A stretch of 24,000 nt of DNA from Planctomycetes bacterium RIFCSPLOWO2_12_FULL_40_19 (GCA_001828595.1 MHZA01000119.1:8930-32929), one strand, 5' to 3'. Shown: positions 7,919 to 16,009, counted from the stretch's first letter. The notes: generated from the letters alone by a model not told the origin. Numbers and translations are program-made.

Positions 7919-9100
7919 TTATCGTCTACAATTTAAATCTCTTTTAGAAGAGTTATCATCTATACTTCTATAAGCAATTTGAAGGTTTGAGCCAAACATT
8001 TCTCTTTGGCTCTCACACCTGGTAAAAAGTTCATGAAGTTTCTTAAAGATGTTAGATATTTCTTTACTCACAAATGGAGAAGTTTTATAACCGGTTGGAT
8101 AACTACCGGGCATTGTATCTTCGTATGACTTCCCTTGTGCATTCAGAAGATATCCAATGAATTCGTAATCTAGATTGTGTCGGGTATCTGTATCTTGAGA
8201 AGTGTTTATATTCTTTGTATAAAATTCTATAAAATTTGCTGAATTGCAGAAATCTATTAATGATTGGTATACCTGCCAACTATCAGGCTTTGAGGTTAGA
8301 TTGGCCAATCTACAAACTTCTGAATGTGTAATTGTAAATATTGGTTCCCTCAATTCGGTCTCTTCAACAATTTCCATTGGTACTATTCCATTCCAGTCTT
8401 TAGAGAAACCTTCTGCAATATATTGCCGGTCTGCCTTATCTATGAGCTGATACCATACATGTGCCCTGGCAATTCTACTTTCCTTGTCAATTACCCACCC
8501 CCATATAATCATAGCATTTCTCTGTTCTGAGGGAAGATGTGAGAAAAAAAGAAATACGGCATCCTCGCAATCACCCTTCTTTGATCTCCTGGTTTCAAAG
8601 GGAGTCTGCCAGATGTCAGTTTTAGCTTGTTCCGAAGTGTACTCTATATTAAAAGCTATATCCTTGTAAGCTTCATATATATATTTTCCATTGTCGAAGG
8701 TTTGTTCACACCATTCTTTGTACATGAAGTTGTCATGTAATTTCCCATTATTATCAGGGTATGGACACTCATCTGGTACCGGCCTGAAACCGGGTTTTGC
8801 AAAACTACCTGCACAATAATATTCAGATGTATCGGTTGTTCTCGTCAGAGTTGCTTTATCCGCCCGGCCACCCGCCTGCCCGCCCGGCAATGCCGTCCGG
8901 ACGGGAACGAAGAAGTCGGGCAGGTGCTGTTCGCCTGCCCGTTCACGCCCTCCCGTACATACCACGTCGGTACGGGCTAATTGGTCGAATCGGTCATTAC
9001 CAATCGTAAATGACAGATTATACAAGTTTAACATTATGAAGATATAAACCAGATTAGTAATTATTTTTAGCCTTTTTGCCATCATTTCCTTATCTTTCAA
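7919..9100 (-). CDS. Membrane-anchored transglutaminase-like (BTLCP/LapG-type) cysteine peptidase domain protein
   Basis: 393-aa ORF. N-terminal hydrophobic anchor AKRLKIITNLVYIFIMLNLYNL. Core motif DIWQTPFETRRSKKGDCEDAVFLF, then ARAHVWYQLIDKAD, which fits a Cys-His-Asp papain-like/transglutaminase core. The likely start is ATG at 9085 or 9082 (AAGGA upstream) rather than TTG at 9100. The C-terminal ~170 aa has no motif I recognise. Confidence 0.6.
   Translation of the reverse strand: MKDKEMMAKRLKIITNLVYIFIMLNLYNLSFTIGNDRFDQLARTDVVCTGGRERAGEQHLPDFFVPVRTALPGGQAGGRADKATLTRTTDTSEYYCAGSFAKPGFRPVPDECPYPDNNGKLHDNFMYKEWCEQTFDNGKYIYEAYKDIAFNIEYTSEQAKTDIWQTPFETRRSKKGDCEDAVFLFFSHLPSEQRNAMIIWGWVIDKESRIARAHVWYQLIDKADRQYIAEGFSKDWNGIVPMEIVEETELREPIFTITHSEVCRLANLTSKPDSWQVYQSLIDFCNSANFIEFYTKNINTSQDTDTRHNLDYEFIGYLLNAQGKSYEDTMPGSYPTGYKTSPFVSKEISNIFKKLHELFTRCESQREMFGSNLQIAYRSIDDNSSKRDLNCRR
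8861..8976. repeat. GC-rich hairpin island embedded in frame in the peptidase ORF
   Basis: CCTGCCCG (8875-8882) pairs with CGGGCAGG (8917-8924). Internal perfect palindrome CCGTCCGGACGG (8893-8904). CCCGTAC (8952-8958) pairs with GTACGGG (8970-8976). Shares the ACCCGCCTG...TCGGGCAGGT ends with the modules at 4963 and 21620. Encodes the low-complexity linker GGRERAGEQHLPDFFVPVRTALPGGQAGGRAD. Confidence 0.55.
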
Positions 9101-9203
9101 ACAGGAATACTAAAAAAGGCGGAAGAATCAGGCTGTAACAGTAATACTTAATCTTTGGTAACAATTTAGTTTTTTGGAAAACATGATTTTTCAGCTATTT
9201 CGC

Positions 9204-9237
9204 AACCCTGACAGGGTTTCAAAACCCTGTCAGGGTT
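9204..9237. repeat. 34-nt perfect palindrome AACCCTGACAGGGTTT-ca-AAACCCTGTCAGGGTT in the murE-peptidase spacer
   Basis: The 16-nt arms are exact reverse complements, read directly. No adjacent T-tract on either strand. Confidence 0.75.
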
Positions 9238-9318
9238 AAATCAGCAAGCAGGACTTACTCTACAGTATCAGAATTTTTCAAAATACTAAATTGATATAAT
9301 CTTTGTTTTTCTATTACC

Positions 9319-10782
9319 TTATAATATATTAGAATTGTTCGAGAGTGTTTTTTTAACTACCTCTCTGTCATCAAAAGGAATTATGGTATCTTTTATTATT
9401 TGATATTTTTCATGTCCTTTTCCGGCAATCAACACGAGATCACCACTTTTTGCCTCGGCAAGGGCTTCCTCTATTGCTTTCTTTCTATTTGTTTGATTAT
9501 AAAATGTTCGTCCAGGCTTTATTCCCGCCTTGATGTCTTCTATTATACTTATTGGGTCCTCTGAACGTGGATTGTCATTTGTTATCCAAAATATGTCCGA
9601 ATTCTCATCAGCTACTTTCCCCATCATTGGACGCTTTTCTTTATCTCTATCACCTCCGCAACCAAAAACAAGGAGTATTCTGCCTTTTACCTGATTCTTA
9701 AGTGCATACAATACTGTTTCAAGAGCATGTGGCGTATGGGCATAGTCGACAACAACCCTAAATCCACGTTTGCAGGGTACAGCTTCCAATCTTCCCGGTA
9801 TGACAGGCGCAGTTTCAATGCCAGCCTTTATCACTTCCAGTTCAAAACCAAGTGAAATTGTACTGGCAACGGAGGCAAGTGTGTTATAAACATTATGTAA
9901 ACCCATAAATGGTATTTTAATATCTGTTTCTGTCCCGGAATAATTTAACTTAATCATAGTATTACTTGTAGATTCTCTACATATCTCAGCTTTTATATCA
10001 GCATTATTTTTTATTCCATACCACAATATCTTTGCGCTTGTTTTATCAGCAAAATATTTACTAAATTCATCATCTGCATTTAATATTGCAAAAGAGTCTC
10101 TTGTTAAATTCTTAAATAACCCTATCTTGGCATCCAAATAATTTGTAATCGTTTTATGATAATCCATGTGTTCGGCGCTTATATTGGTGAAAACTGCGGT
10201 TTTAAAATTAATATCCTCAATCCTATGCTGAACGGTTGAGTGAGATGACACTTCCATAACTGCAAATTTCATCTTTGCAACCACCATTTCCGCGATGAGT
10301 CTTTGAAGCTCTACTGATTCCGGAGTTGTTTCCTGTGCAGGTATAATTTTTTTTCCTATATGATAATTAATCGTACCGATTAACCCCGTCTCATATCCTG
10401 CTTTTTCAATTATAGACTTGGTTAGAAATGCAGTGGTAGTCTTGCCATTTGTTCCGGTTATTCCAACAACATTAATTTTTTGAGACGGATTGTTATAAAA
10501 ACAGCAACTCAAATAGGAAAGCGCTTTTCTAGTGTTACATACAATTATTTGAGGTATTTTTTGATCAAGACAGAATCTTTCCTCACTAACTACAGCTTGT
10601 GCACCATTTTCAAGAGATTTTTTAATGAAATTATGTCCGTCCGCCTTGTGTCCCTTAATTGCAACAAATATATAACCAGGCCTTACCTTTCGGGAATCAT
10701 TGGTAATACCCGTAATCTCAACATCACTAAAGTTGTATGTTCTCCCTGACTCTAAATGGTGAACCAACGTACTTAATTTCAT
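9319..10782 (-). CDS. murE: UDP-N-acetylmuramoyl-L-alanyl-D-glutamate--2,6-diaminopimelate ligase
   Basis: 487 aa. P-loop GITGTNGKTTT, DYAHTPHALE, and the DNPR motif (TNDNPRSEDP) that characterises meso-DAP-adding MurE enzymes. Confidence 0.95.
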   Translation of the reverse strand: MKLSTLVHHLESGRTYNFSDVEITGITNDSRKVRPGYIFVAIKGHKADGHNFIKKSLENGAQAVVSEERFCLDQKIPQIIVCNTRKALSYLSCCFYNNPSQKINVVGITGTNGKTTTAFLTKSIIEKAGYETGLIGTINYHIGKKIIPAQETTPESVELQRLIAEMVVAKMKFAVMEVSSHSTVQHRIEDINFKTAVFTNISAEHMDYHKTITNYLDAKIGLFKNLTRDSFAILNADDEFSKYFADKTSAKILWYGIKNNADIKAEICRESTSNTMIKLNYSGTETDIKIPFMGLHNVYNTLASVASTISLGFELEVIKAGIETAPVIPGRLEAVPCKRGFRVVVDYAHTPHALETVLYALKNQVKGRILLVFGCGGDRDKEKRPMMGKVADENSDIFWITNDNPRSEDPISIIEDIKAGIKPGRTFYNQTNRKKAIEEALAEAKSGDLVLIAGKGHEKYQIIKDTIIPFDDREVVKKTLSNNSNIL

Positions 10783-10798
10783 TAAAACGTCATAATTG

Positions 10799-11041
10799 TT
10801 ATGCTAAAATTTTTAAGGAAAGGTCATATTTTTGTATTCCTATATCATGTTGAGAAATGGATTCACACAGATGCCTTGTTTTATTTATTACTTCTATTTC
10901 TTCTGCATATTCGCTGTACAATCTTTCCCATATTTCACTATTTCCCCCTTTGGCCTTTTCTAGATCTTTTGTAGTAGCATACCTACACCAGGTCAAAAAA
11001 TTATGTTTTTCCAGTTCTTTTTCTGTCATAATATTTTTCAC
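10799..11041 (-). CDS. Hypothetical small protein (80 aa) between ftsI and murE
   Basis: ORF with a GTG start (or ATG at codon 5), no clear SD and no recognisable motif. Acidic and helical-looking. Lies 16 nt upstream of murE on the same strand. Confidence 0.4.
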   Translation of the reverse strand: MKNIMTEKELEKHNFLTWCRYATTKDLEKAKGGNSEIWERLYSEYAEEIEVINKTRHLCESISQHDIGIQKYDLSLKILA

Positions 11042-11068
11042 TTTAAAAAGTTTTAAAAAGTTATAAAC

Positions 11069-11112
11069 GATACCCTACACTGACCCCAAATTTTGGGGCA
11101 GCATAGGGTATC
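11069..11112 (-). terminator. Composite stem-loop downstream of ftsI (GATACCCTA...CCCC-aaatttt-GGGG...TAGGGTATC)
   Basis: 9-bp outer stem plus 4-bp GC inner stem, read directly. T-rich tracts begin about 9 nt after the stem on the minus strand, so it is an imperfect intrinsic terminator or processing site. Confidence 0.3.
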
Positions 11113-11197
11113 AATACATCACCCACTGATGTACCTACCTTCCAGCATTTTTGACCATGTATCACCCCCCTTCGTAACAAGATTTCTCCCCACTAAA

Positions 11198-12931
11198 TTA
11201 TCTTTGAGCCGTTTGTACGTATTGCGGCCCAACCTCCATATAATCAAGTGTCCTTTCTATAATGTTACCTACTGCCGGCGCCGCTACTGTACCTCCATAA
11301 TAAGCACCGTTTTCAGGTTCATTTAAAGACACCAGAACGCAAACTTTAGGTTCATCCACAGGAGCATATCCAACAAATGAACCAATATATTTATCAGAAT
11401 ACTTCATTTTGTTCCCAACTCTCTTTAATTTCTTAGCTGTCCCGGTCTTCCCTGCAACACTATACGTAAAAAGCATTGCTTCCTTACCTGTTCCTTCCTT
11501 TACAACATTCTCCAGAATAGGAGACATTATTTCCCTTGCAATTTCCGGAGAAACAACTCTTCGGACTCTTTCAGGAGTTTTATACTTTTTTTGCACTCTT
11601 TTACCTGAATAGTCAGTTATTTTGCTGACTATTTGTGGTTTCAGCAATGTTCCACCATTAGCAATAGAGCAGAAAGCCGTTACCAATTGTATCGGTGTTG
11701 CTGCCGTCTCGTATCCGAAGGCAACTGAGATTGTTGAATCAAGCGACCAAAGGTTCAAAGGCCTTACCATACCTTTGGTTTCACCGGGTAGTTGAATTCC
11801 CGTCTTTTCACCAAAAGAGAATTTCTTCAAATAGCTGTATAATCTGTTTTTCCCCATACGCATCCCTAGTTGTACCATTCCAATATTACTCGAATGAACT
11901 AATATATCAGATACACTTAAATAATCGTATGAATGAACATCCCTGATTACCCTGCTTCTAACTTTATAAGCGCCATTATGACAAAAGAACTGCTCATCTT
12001 CTTTCACTAAGCCACTATCCAGCGCACCGCTTACAATTAAGGGTTTAATCAATGAACCTGGTTCAAAGCAATCCGTAATTGCCCTATTACGCCTTTCTAG
12101 TGGAGTTGAAGCCTGCACGAAATTTGGGTTAAATGAAGGGTAATTAGCCATTGCTAACACCTCTCCTGTGGAAGGGTCCATTGCTATTGCAATTGCCGAA
12201 TCAGGTTTCCACTTCAAACATGCATTTTCAAGCTCATCCTCAACTATAGACTGAATCTCACAATCAATAGTTAAAAAGACACTGTTGCCATATCTTGCAG
12301 AGACCGTTTCTCCCTGTAATGTAGAGAATTGCCGTTGATAACCATCTTTTCCTACTACCTTGGACCCTTTACTTCCGGAAATGACTTGATTGAGCGAACC
12401 TTCAATACCTTCTAAGCCATTTTCATCAACATCAGTAAAACCCAGGACATGAGAGCATAATTTTTCATATGGATAAACCCTTTTGTACTCATGTTTAAAC
12501 CCAATACCTTGAAGATTTTTCTGTCTTAACAGGTCTGCTTGTTCATCTGGTATTCTTCTTTTTATCCACACAAACCGCTTCTCTTTGTTTAATAGTTTTG
12601 CAACTTTTGTTTTATTTAAGCCCAATGCCTCAGATATTACCTTGGCAGTCTTCATTTTATCCTTTATGGATAACGGATCGGCAAAGACAGAACTTACTTG
12701 AATTGATTCTGCCAGTTTCACACCGCTTCTATCGAAAATAATTCCTCTTCTTGTGGGAATATCCAGTTTTTTGAATTGTTGTGATAAAGCTAATGAGGAA
12801 TATTTTTTGTGGTCAATAATCTGTATGCGAATCAGTTGATACAACAGGGCGGAAAATATTACAAAAATACTGAGACACAAGATGGTTGCTCTTATTTTAT
12901 AACACTTTGGAATTTTATTTGTGTTTAACAT
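11198..12931 (-). CDS. ftsI: Class B penicillin-binding protein (peptidoglycan D,D-transpeptidase FtsI)
   Basis: 577 aa. N-terminal membrane anchor. Transpeptidase motifs SLIK (SxxK), SSN (SxN) and KTGTA (KTG). Lies after ftsL in the dcw order. Confidence 0.9.
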   Translation of the reverse strand: MLNTNKIPKCYKIRATILCLSIFVIFSALLYQLIRIQIIDHKKYSSLALSQQFKKLDIPTRRGIIFDRSGVKLAESIQVSSVFADPLSIKDKMKTAKVISEALGLNKTKVAKLLNKEKRFVWIKRRIPDEQADLLRQKNLQGIGFKHEYKRVYPYEKLCSHVLGFTDVDENGLEGIEGSLNQVISGSKGSKVVGKDGYQRQFSTLQGETVSARYGNSVFLTIDCEIQSIVEDELENACLKWKPDSAIAIAMDPSTGEVLAMANYPSFNPNFVQASTPLERRNRAITDCFEPGSLIKPLIVSGALDSGLVKEDEQFFCHNGAYKVRSRVIRDVHSYDYLSVSDILVHSSNIGMVQLGMRMGKNRLYSYLKKFSFGEKTGIQLPGETKGMVRPLNLWSLDSTISVAFGYETAATPIQLVTAFCSIANGGTLLKPQIVSKITDYSGKRVQKKYKTPERVRRVVSPEIAREIMSPILENVVKEGTGKEAMLFTYSVAGKTGTAKKLKRVGNKMKYSDKYIGSFVGYAPVDEPKVCVLVSLNEPENGAYYGGTVAAPAVGNIIERTLDYMEVGPQYVQTAQR

Positions 12932-12972
12932 TATATTTCTTTACAACTAATTTAATTAGAAATTTGAAACAC

Positions 12973-13284
12973 TTAAGCTTCAATCTTTCCAAGCAATTTT
13001 TTGTTCAAGCTTTTATGAGATTTTTTCACAACCGCGATGCTTTCCTCTTCCTGTATAATCAGATTAAGATTCATATCTTTTACTTTTAAAGATATTATTT
13101 CCGGCCATTTCAATTTGTCTGATTTAAATCTTAACGTTTTGTTCTCTTCTGATAATCTCGCCAGATCATTCTCCATTTTTGTAACATCATATCCAATTTT
13201 TATTATTCTCGAACCTTCCGACATAGTGAAAATTGCCATTACTAAAAGAACAATAAGTATACAACCGTATCTGCAAATTTTCAT
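12973..13284 (-). CDS. ftsL: FtsL-like cell division protein
   Basis: 103 aa. A single N-terminal TM helix (CILIVLLVMAIFTM) is followed by a coiled-coil-like segment (KMENDLARLSEENKTLRFKSDKL). Canonical position between rsmH and ftsI. The call rests on position and architecture only. Confidence 0.6.
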   Translation of the reverse strand: MKICRYGCILIVLLVMAIFTMSEGSRIIKIGYDVTKMENDLARLSEENKTLRFKSDKLKWPEIISLKVKDMNLNLIIQEEESIAVVKKSHKSLNKKLLGKIEA

Positions 13285-13287
13285 AAG

Positions 13288-14208
13288 TTATGTCCTTTCT
13301 GCTGCACGAAGTTTAGCGCTTCTAGCTCTAACATTTTCCCTGATTTCAGAATCAAGGGGACTTAGAGGCTTTTTTGTAAGAATCTTCAGACTGGACGCGT
13401 CTTGCCACTTACGAAAGGCGCTCTTGACTAAACGGTCCTCAAGAGAATGAAAGGATATCACAACAATTCTTGAACCACTGGCCAGGAACTCACATACATT
13501 ATTTAAGAAATACTCCAGACTCTTCAGCTCATCATTTACAGCTATTCGTAGTGCCTGAAATACACGAGTGGCGGGATGGATTTTTCTTTTCTTTTGATAT
13601 TTTCCTGGTGTGTATAAAGCCTTTTCAACAATTTTTGCTAATTGGGTCGTTGTTTTTATCTCTGTTCCCCTTCTCCTTTCCTGTATAATTGCCTTAGCAA
13701 TGCGCCTGGACCTTCCTTCTCCGCCATATCTCCAGAAAATATCTGCCATTTCTTTTTCAGAAAGTCTTTTTAATAAATCTTCAGCCGTTATACCCTTTGT
13801 TCTATCCATTCTCATATCTAAAGGTCCTTCCTTGCTAAAACTGAAACCACGCTCCAGGGAATCTAACTGCAACGACGAAACTCCAAGGTCAAGCAAGATA
13901 CCCTGGACCTTACTAATTTCTAATTTATCCAGAATATAATCTAAGTCTACATAGTCAGCTTGATACAATTTGTAAATATCGCTTATCTTTGATAGAGATT
14001 TACCTGCTATCTTCAGTATCTCAGCATCCTTATCTATACCTATAAGAAGACCGTCAGGGCCTATCATCTTTAATATTTCACAACTATGTCCTCCCGCACC
14101 AATTGTAGCATCAACGATGATGTCCCCCTTGCCTGGCTTAATGAAACTTATAACCTCATCAAGCATGACAGATTTATGCGGCATGAGGTCATCATCAGAA
14201 AAGATCAT
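13288..14208 (-). CDS. rsmH: 16S rRNA (cytosine1402-N4)-methyltransferase
   Basis: 306 aa. SAM-binding DATIGAGGHS, plus ISFHSLEDR and HPATRVFQALRI motifs. Confidence 0.95.
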   Translation of the reverse strand: MIFSDDDLMPHKSVMLDEVISFIKPGKGDIIVDATIGAGGHSCEILKMIGPDGLLIGIDKDAEILKIAGKSLSKISDIYKLYQADYVDLDYILDKLEISKVQGILLDLGVSSLQLDSLERGFSFSKEGPLDMRMDRTKGITAEDLLKRLSEKEMADIFWRYGGEGRSRRIAKAIIQERRRGTEIKTTTQLAKIVEKALYTPGKYQKKRKIHPATRVFQALRIAVNDELKSLEYFLNNVCEFLASGSRIVVISFHSLEDRLVKSAFRKWQDASSLKILTKKPLSPLDSEIRENVRARSAKLRAAERT

Positions 14209-14258
14209 TGATTAAAACTTTATTCATTTAATAAATTTTATGAAACTGGTTTATTTCG

Positions 14259-14720
14259 TCATTGATTCGAGGCAGAACCCAGTCGAAACAGATCTTCTGC
14301 ATCTCTTTCAAAATTCTGCTCGTTATCTTCTTCGAATTCGTTCCAGTGTTGTAAGTCCCATATCTCGATCCTGTCCATTACACCAATAATAACGACTTCC
14401 TTCTTAAGGCCGGCATAATCCTTGTGCAGTTGAGGTATAATAATTCTTCCTTGTTTGTCACAGGTAACAAAGCTACTTGACCTCGAAAAAAAAAGACGCT
14501 GGAAAGTCCGCGCCTTTTGATTAGTAAACATAAGTTCTGATAGTTTTTTAGTTATTTCTTTGAAATGAAGCGGAGGGTATATGGCAAGACATTTGTCTAA
14601 CCCCGGAGTAATAAAAAACCCTTTACCTTCTTTTTCTTCATCAACACATTTTCGTATCGAAGAAGGTATGGCTAGTCGATTATTATCATCAATAGTATGT
14701 AGATGTTTTCCCGTGAACAT
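14259..14720 (-). CDS. mraZ: Transcriptional regulator MraZ
   Basis: 153 aa. MFTGKH N-terminus. Two SpoVT/AbrB-like repeats (DDNNRLAIPS and DKQGRIIIPQ). First gene of the dcw cluster. Confidence 0.95.
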   Translation of the reverse strand: MFTGKHLHTIDDNNRLAIPSSIRKCVDEEKEGKGFFITPGLDKCLAIYPPLHFKEITKKLSELMFTNQKARTFQRLFFSRSSSFVTCDKQGRIIIPQLHKDYAGLKKEVVIIGVMDRIEIWDLQHWNEFEEDNEQNFERDAEDLFRLGSASNQ

Positions 14721-14727
14721 GATAGTT

Positions 14728-14773
14728 CCCCATTTCTACCCATCATTCACCATTTAAGTAGGAAAATACACCA
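14728..14773 (-). promoter_or_regulatory. Candidate MraZ operator: direct repeats TGGTG / TGGTG / TGGGT / TGGGG, the last three at exact 10-bp spacing
   Basis: The minus strand reads GAAATGGTG...TAAATGGTGAATGATGGGTAGAAATGGGGAACTATCATG. The ATGG cores are 21, 10 and 10 bp apart. E. coli MraZ is known to bind TGGGN repeats with 10-bp periodicity upstream of mraZ. Confidence 0.45.
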
Positions 14774-14790
14774 TTTCTCGCCTTTGTCAA
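14763..14790 (-). promoter_or_regulatory. Candidate sigma70-type dcw promoter (TTGACA - 16 nt - TATTTT)
   Basis: The minus strand has TTGACA at 14790-14785 and TATTTT at 14768-14763. It overlaps the most distal TGGTG box. Confidence 0.4.
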
Positions 14791-14938
14791 GACTTTTTTA
14801 TAATATTCTTTTTGTGTTTAGGCTTGAAATCACCCACATTTTGCTATATTTAATGTTTAATTTGAAAAAGAACACAACACCTTGTATAACAACACATAAA
14901 TAAAACTTTCAAAATTTCTTATTATAAAATCCGATTTT

Positions 14939-16009
14939 ATGCACAAAAGTTTTATGAATGCAGAAGCCTACAAAATCAGTCATTATGACTACACTATTCC
15001 AAAACATCTTATTGCCCAGCATCCAACGGCGAAAAGAGACGAATCACGTTTGCTTGTACTTCATAAAAAAAGCGCCGAAATCGAACATAGAAAATTTTAC
15101 GATATTATTGAATATTTAAATAGCGGAGATGTCTTAGTCCTGAACGATACAAAAGTAGCCCCTGTCAGAATAATAGGTTCCAGGACAACTGGTGGCGGGA
15201 TAGAAGGTCTCATTATTAAAGAAATCAAAGAAAATACGTGGGAAATACTTTTACAATCAAATCATAGACTAAGGGAAAACGAATCCCTGTGTTTTGGTAA
15301 TAATACTGTAATAGGACGTCTTGTGTGCCGAAATGACACGGGAAGCTGGACAATTAAATTTGAAAACAGAAAGAAATTTATAGAAATGCTGGAAAATTTT
15401 GGCCGTATGCCATTACCTCCGTACATAAAAAGAGATCCAGAGGACAAATCTTCAGGAATACATGATGAAGAACGTTACCAAACCATTTACGCAAAAAAAA
15501 TGGGAGCAATTGCTGCTCCCACCGCTGGCCTTCACTTTACAAATAACATTCTGCAGGAAATAACTAACAAAGGAATTAAGATTGCTTACATAACCCTACA
15601 TGTTGGTTTAGGAACATTTAAAACCATAAAAGAAGAAGATTTCAGGCAACACATTATACACAAAGAGTTCTACAATATCCCTGAAGCAGCTATTGACACT
15701 ATTAATAAAGCAAAGTCACTCGGTAAAAGAATTATTGCTACCGGAACAACAACATGTAGAGTCCTGGAAACATTAGCGAGAAATCACACAACAAAAGAAA
15801 GCTCAGGATGGACCGATTTGTTTATATATCCACCATATAAGTTTAAGCTTACTGATTCATTAATAACAAACTTTCACTTGCAGAGGTCAACGCTAATTCT
15901 TCTTGTGTCTGCTTTTGCAGGAAGGGAAAATATTGCTGCTTCTTATGCAGAAGCCATAAACCTCAGCTATAGATTTTACAGCTACGGAGACTGTATGTTA
16001 ATATTATAG
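14939..16009 (+). CDS. queA: S-adenosylmethionine:tRNA ribosyltransferase-isomerase
   Basis: 356 aa. Motifs RDESRLLV, MPLPPYIKR, TAGLHFT, GTTTCRVLE. Confidence 0.95.
   Translation: MHKSFMNAEAYKISHYDYTIPKHLIAQHPTAKRDESRLLVLHKKSAEIEHRKFYDIIEYLNSGDVLVLNDTKVAPVRIIGSRTTGGGIEGLIIKEIKENTWEILLQSNHRLRENESLCFGNNTVIGRLVCRNDTGSWTIKFENRKKFIEMLENFGRMPLPPYIKRDPEDKSSGIHDEERYQTIYAKKMGAIAAPTAGLHFTNNILQEITNKGIKIAYITLHVGLGTFKTIKEEDFRQHIIHKEFYNIPEAAIDTINKAKSLGKRIIATGTTTCRVLETLARNHTTKESSGWTDLFIYPPYKFKLTDSLITNFHLQRSTLILLVSAFAGRENIAASYAEAINLSYRFYSYGDCMLIL

Noticed and set aside
7919-11041. Whether the peptidase gene plus orf80 represent a mobile element or genomic island inserted in dcw
   Set aside because: There is no integrase, transposase or recombinase, and no direct repeats flank the segment. 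Codon and base composition outside the GC island look like the neighbouring genes. Only the flanking palindromes hint at insertion, so I did not call a mobile element.
14784-14804. Plus-strand TTGTCA ... TATAAT pair in the mraZ/queA divergent region as a queA promoter
   Set aside because: The spacer between the two hexamers is only 9 nt, incompatible with a sigma70 -35/-10 arrangement. The TTGTCA is better read on the other strand as the TTGACA -35 of the dcw promoter.
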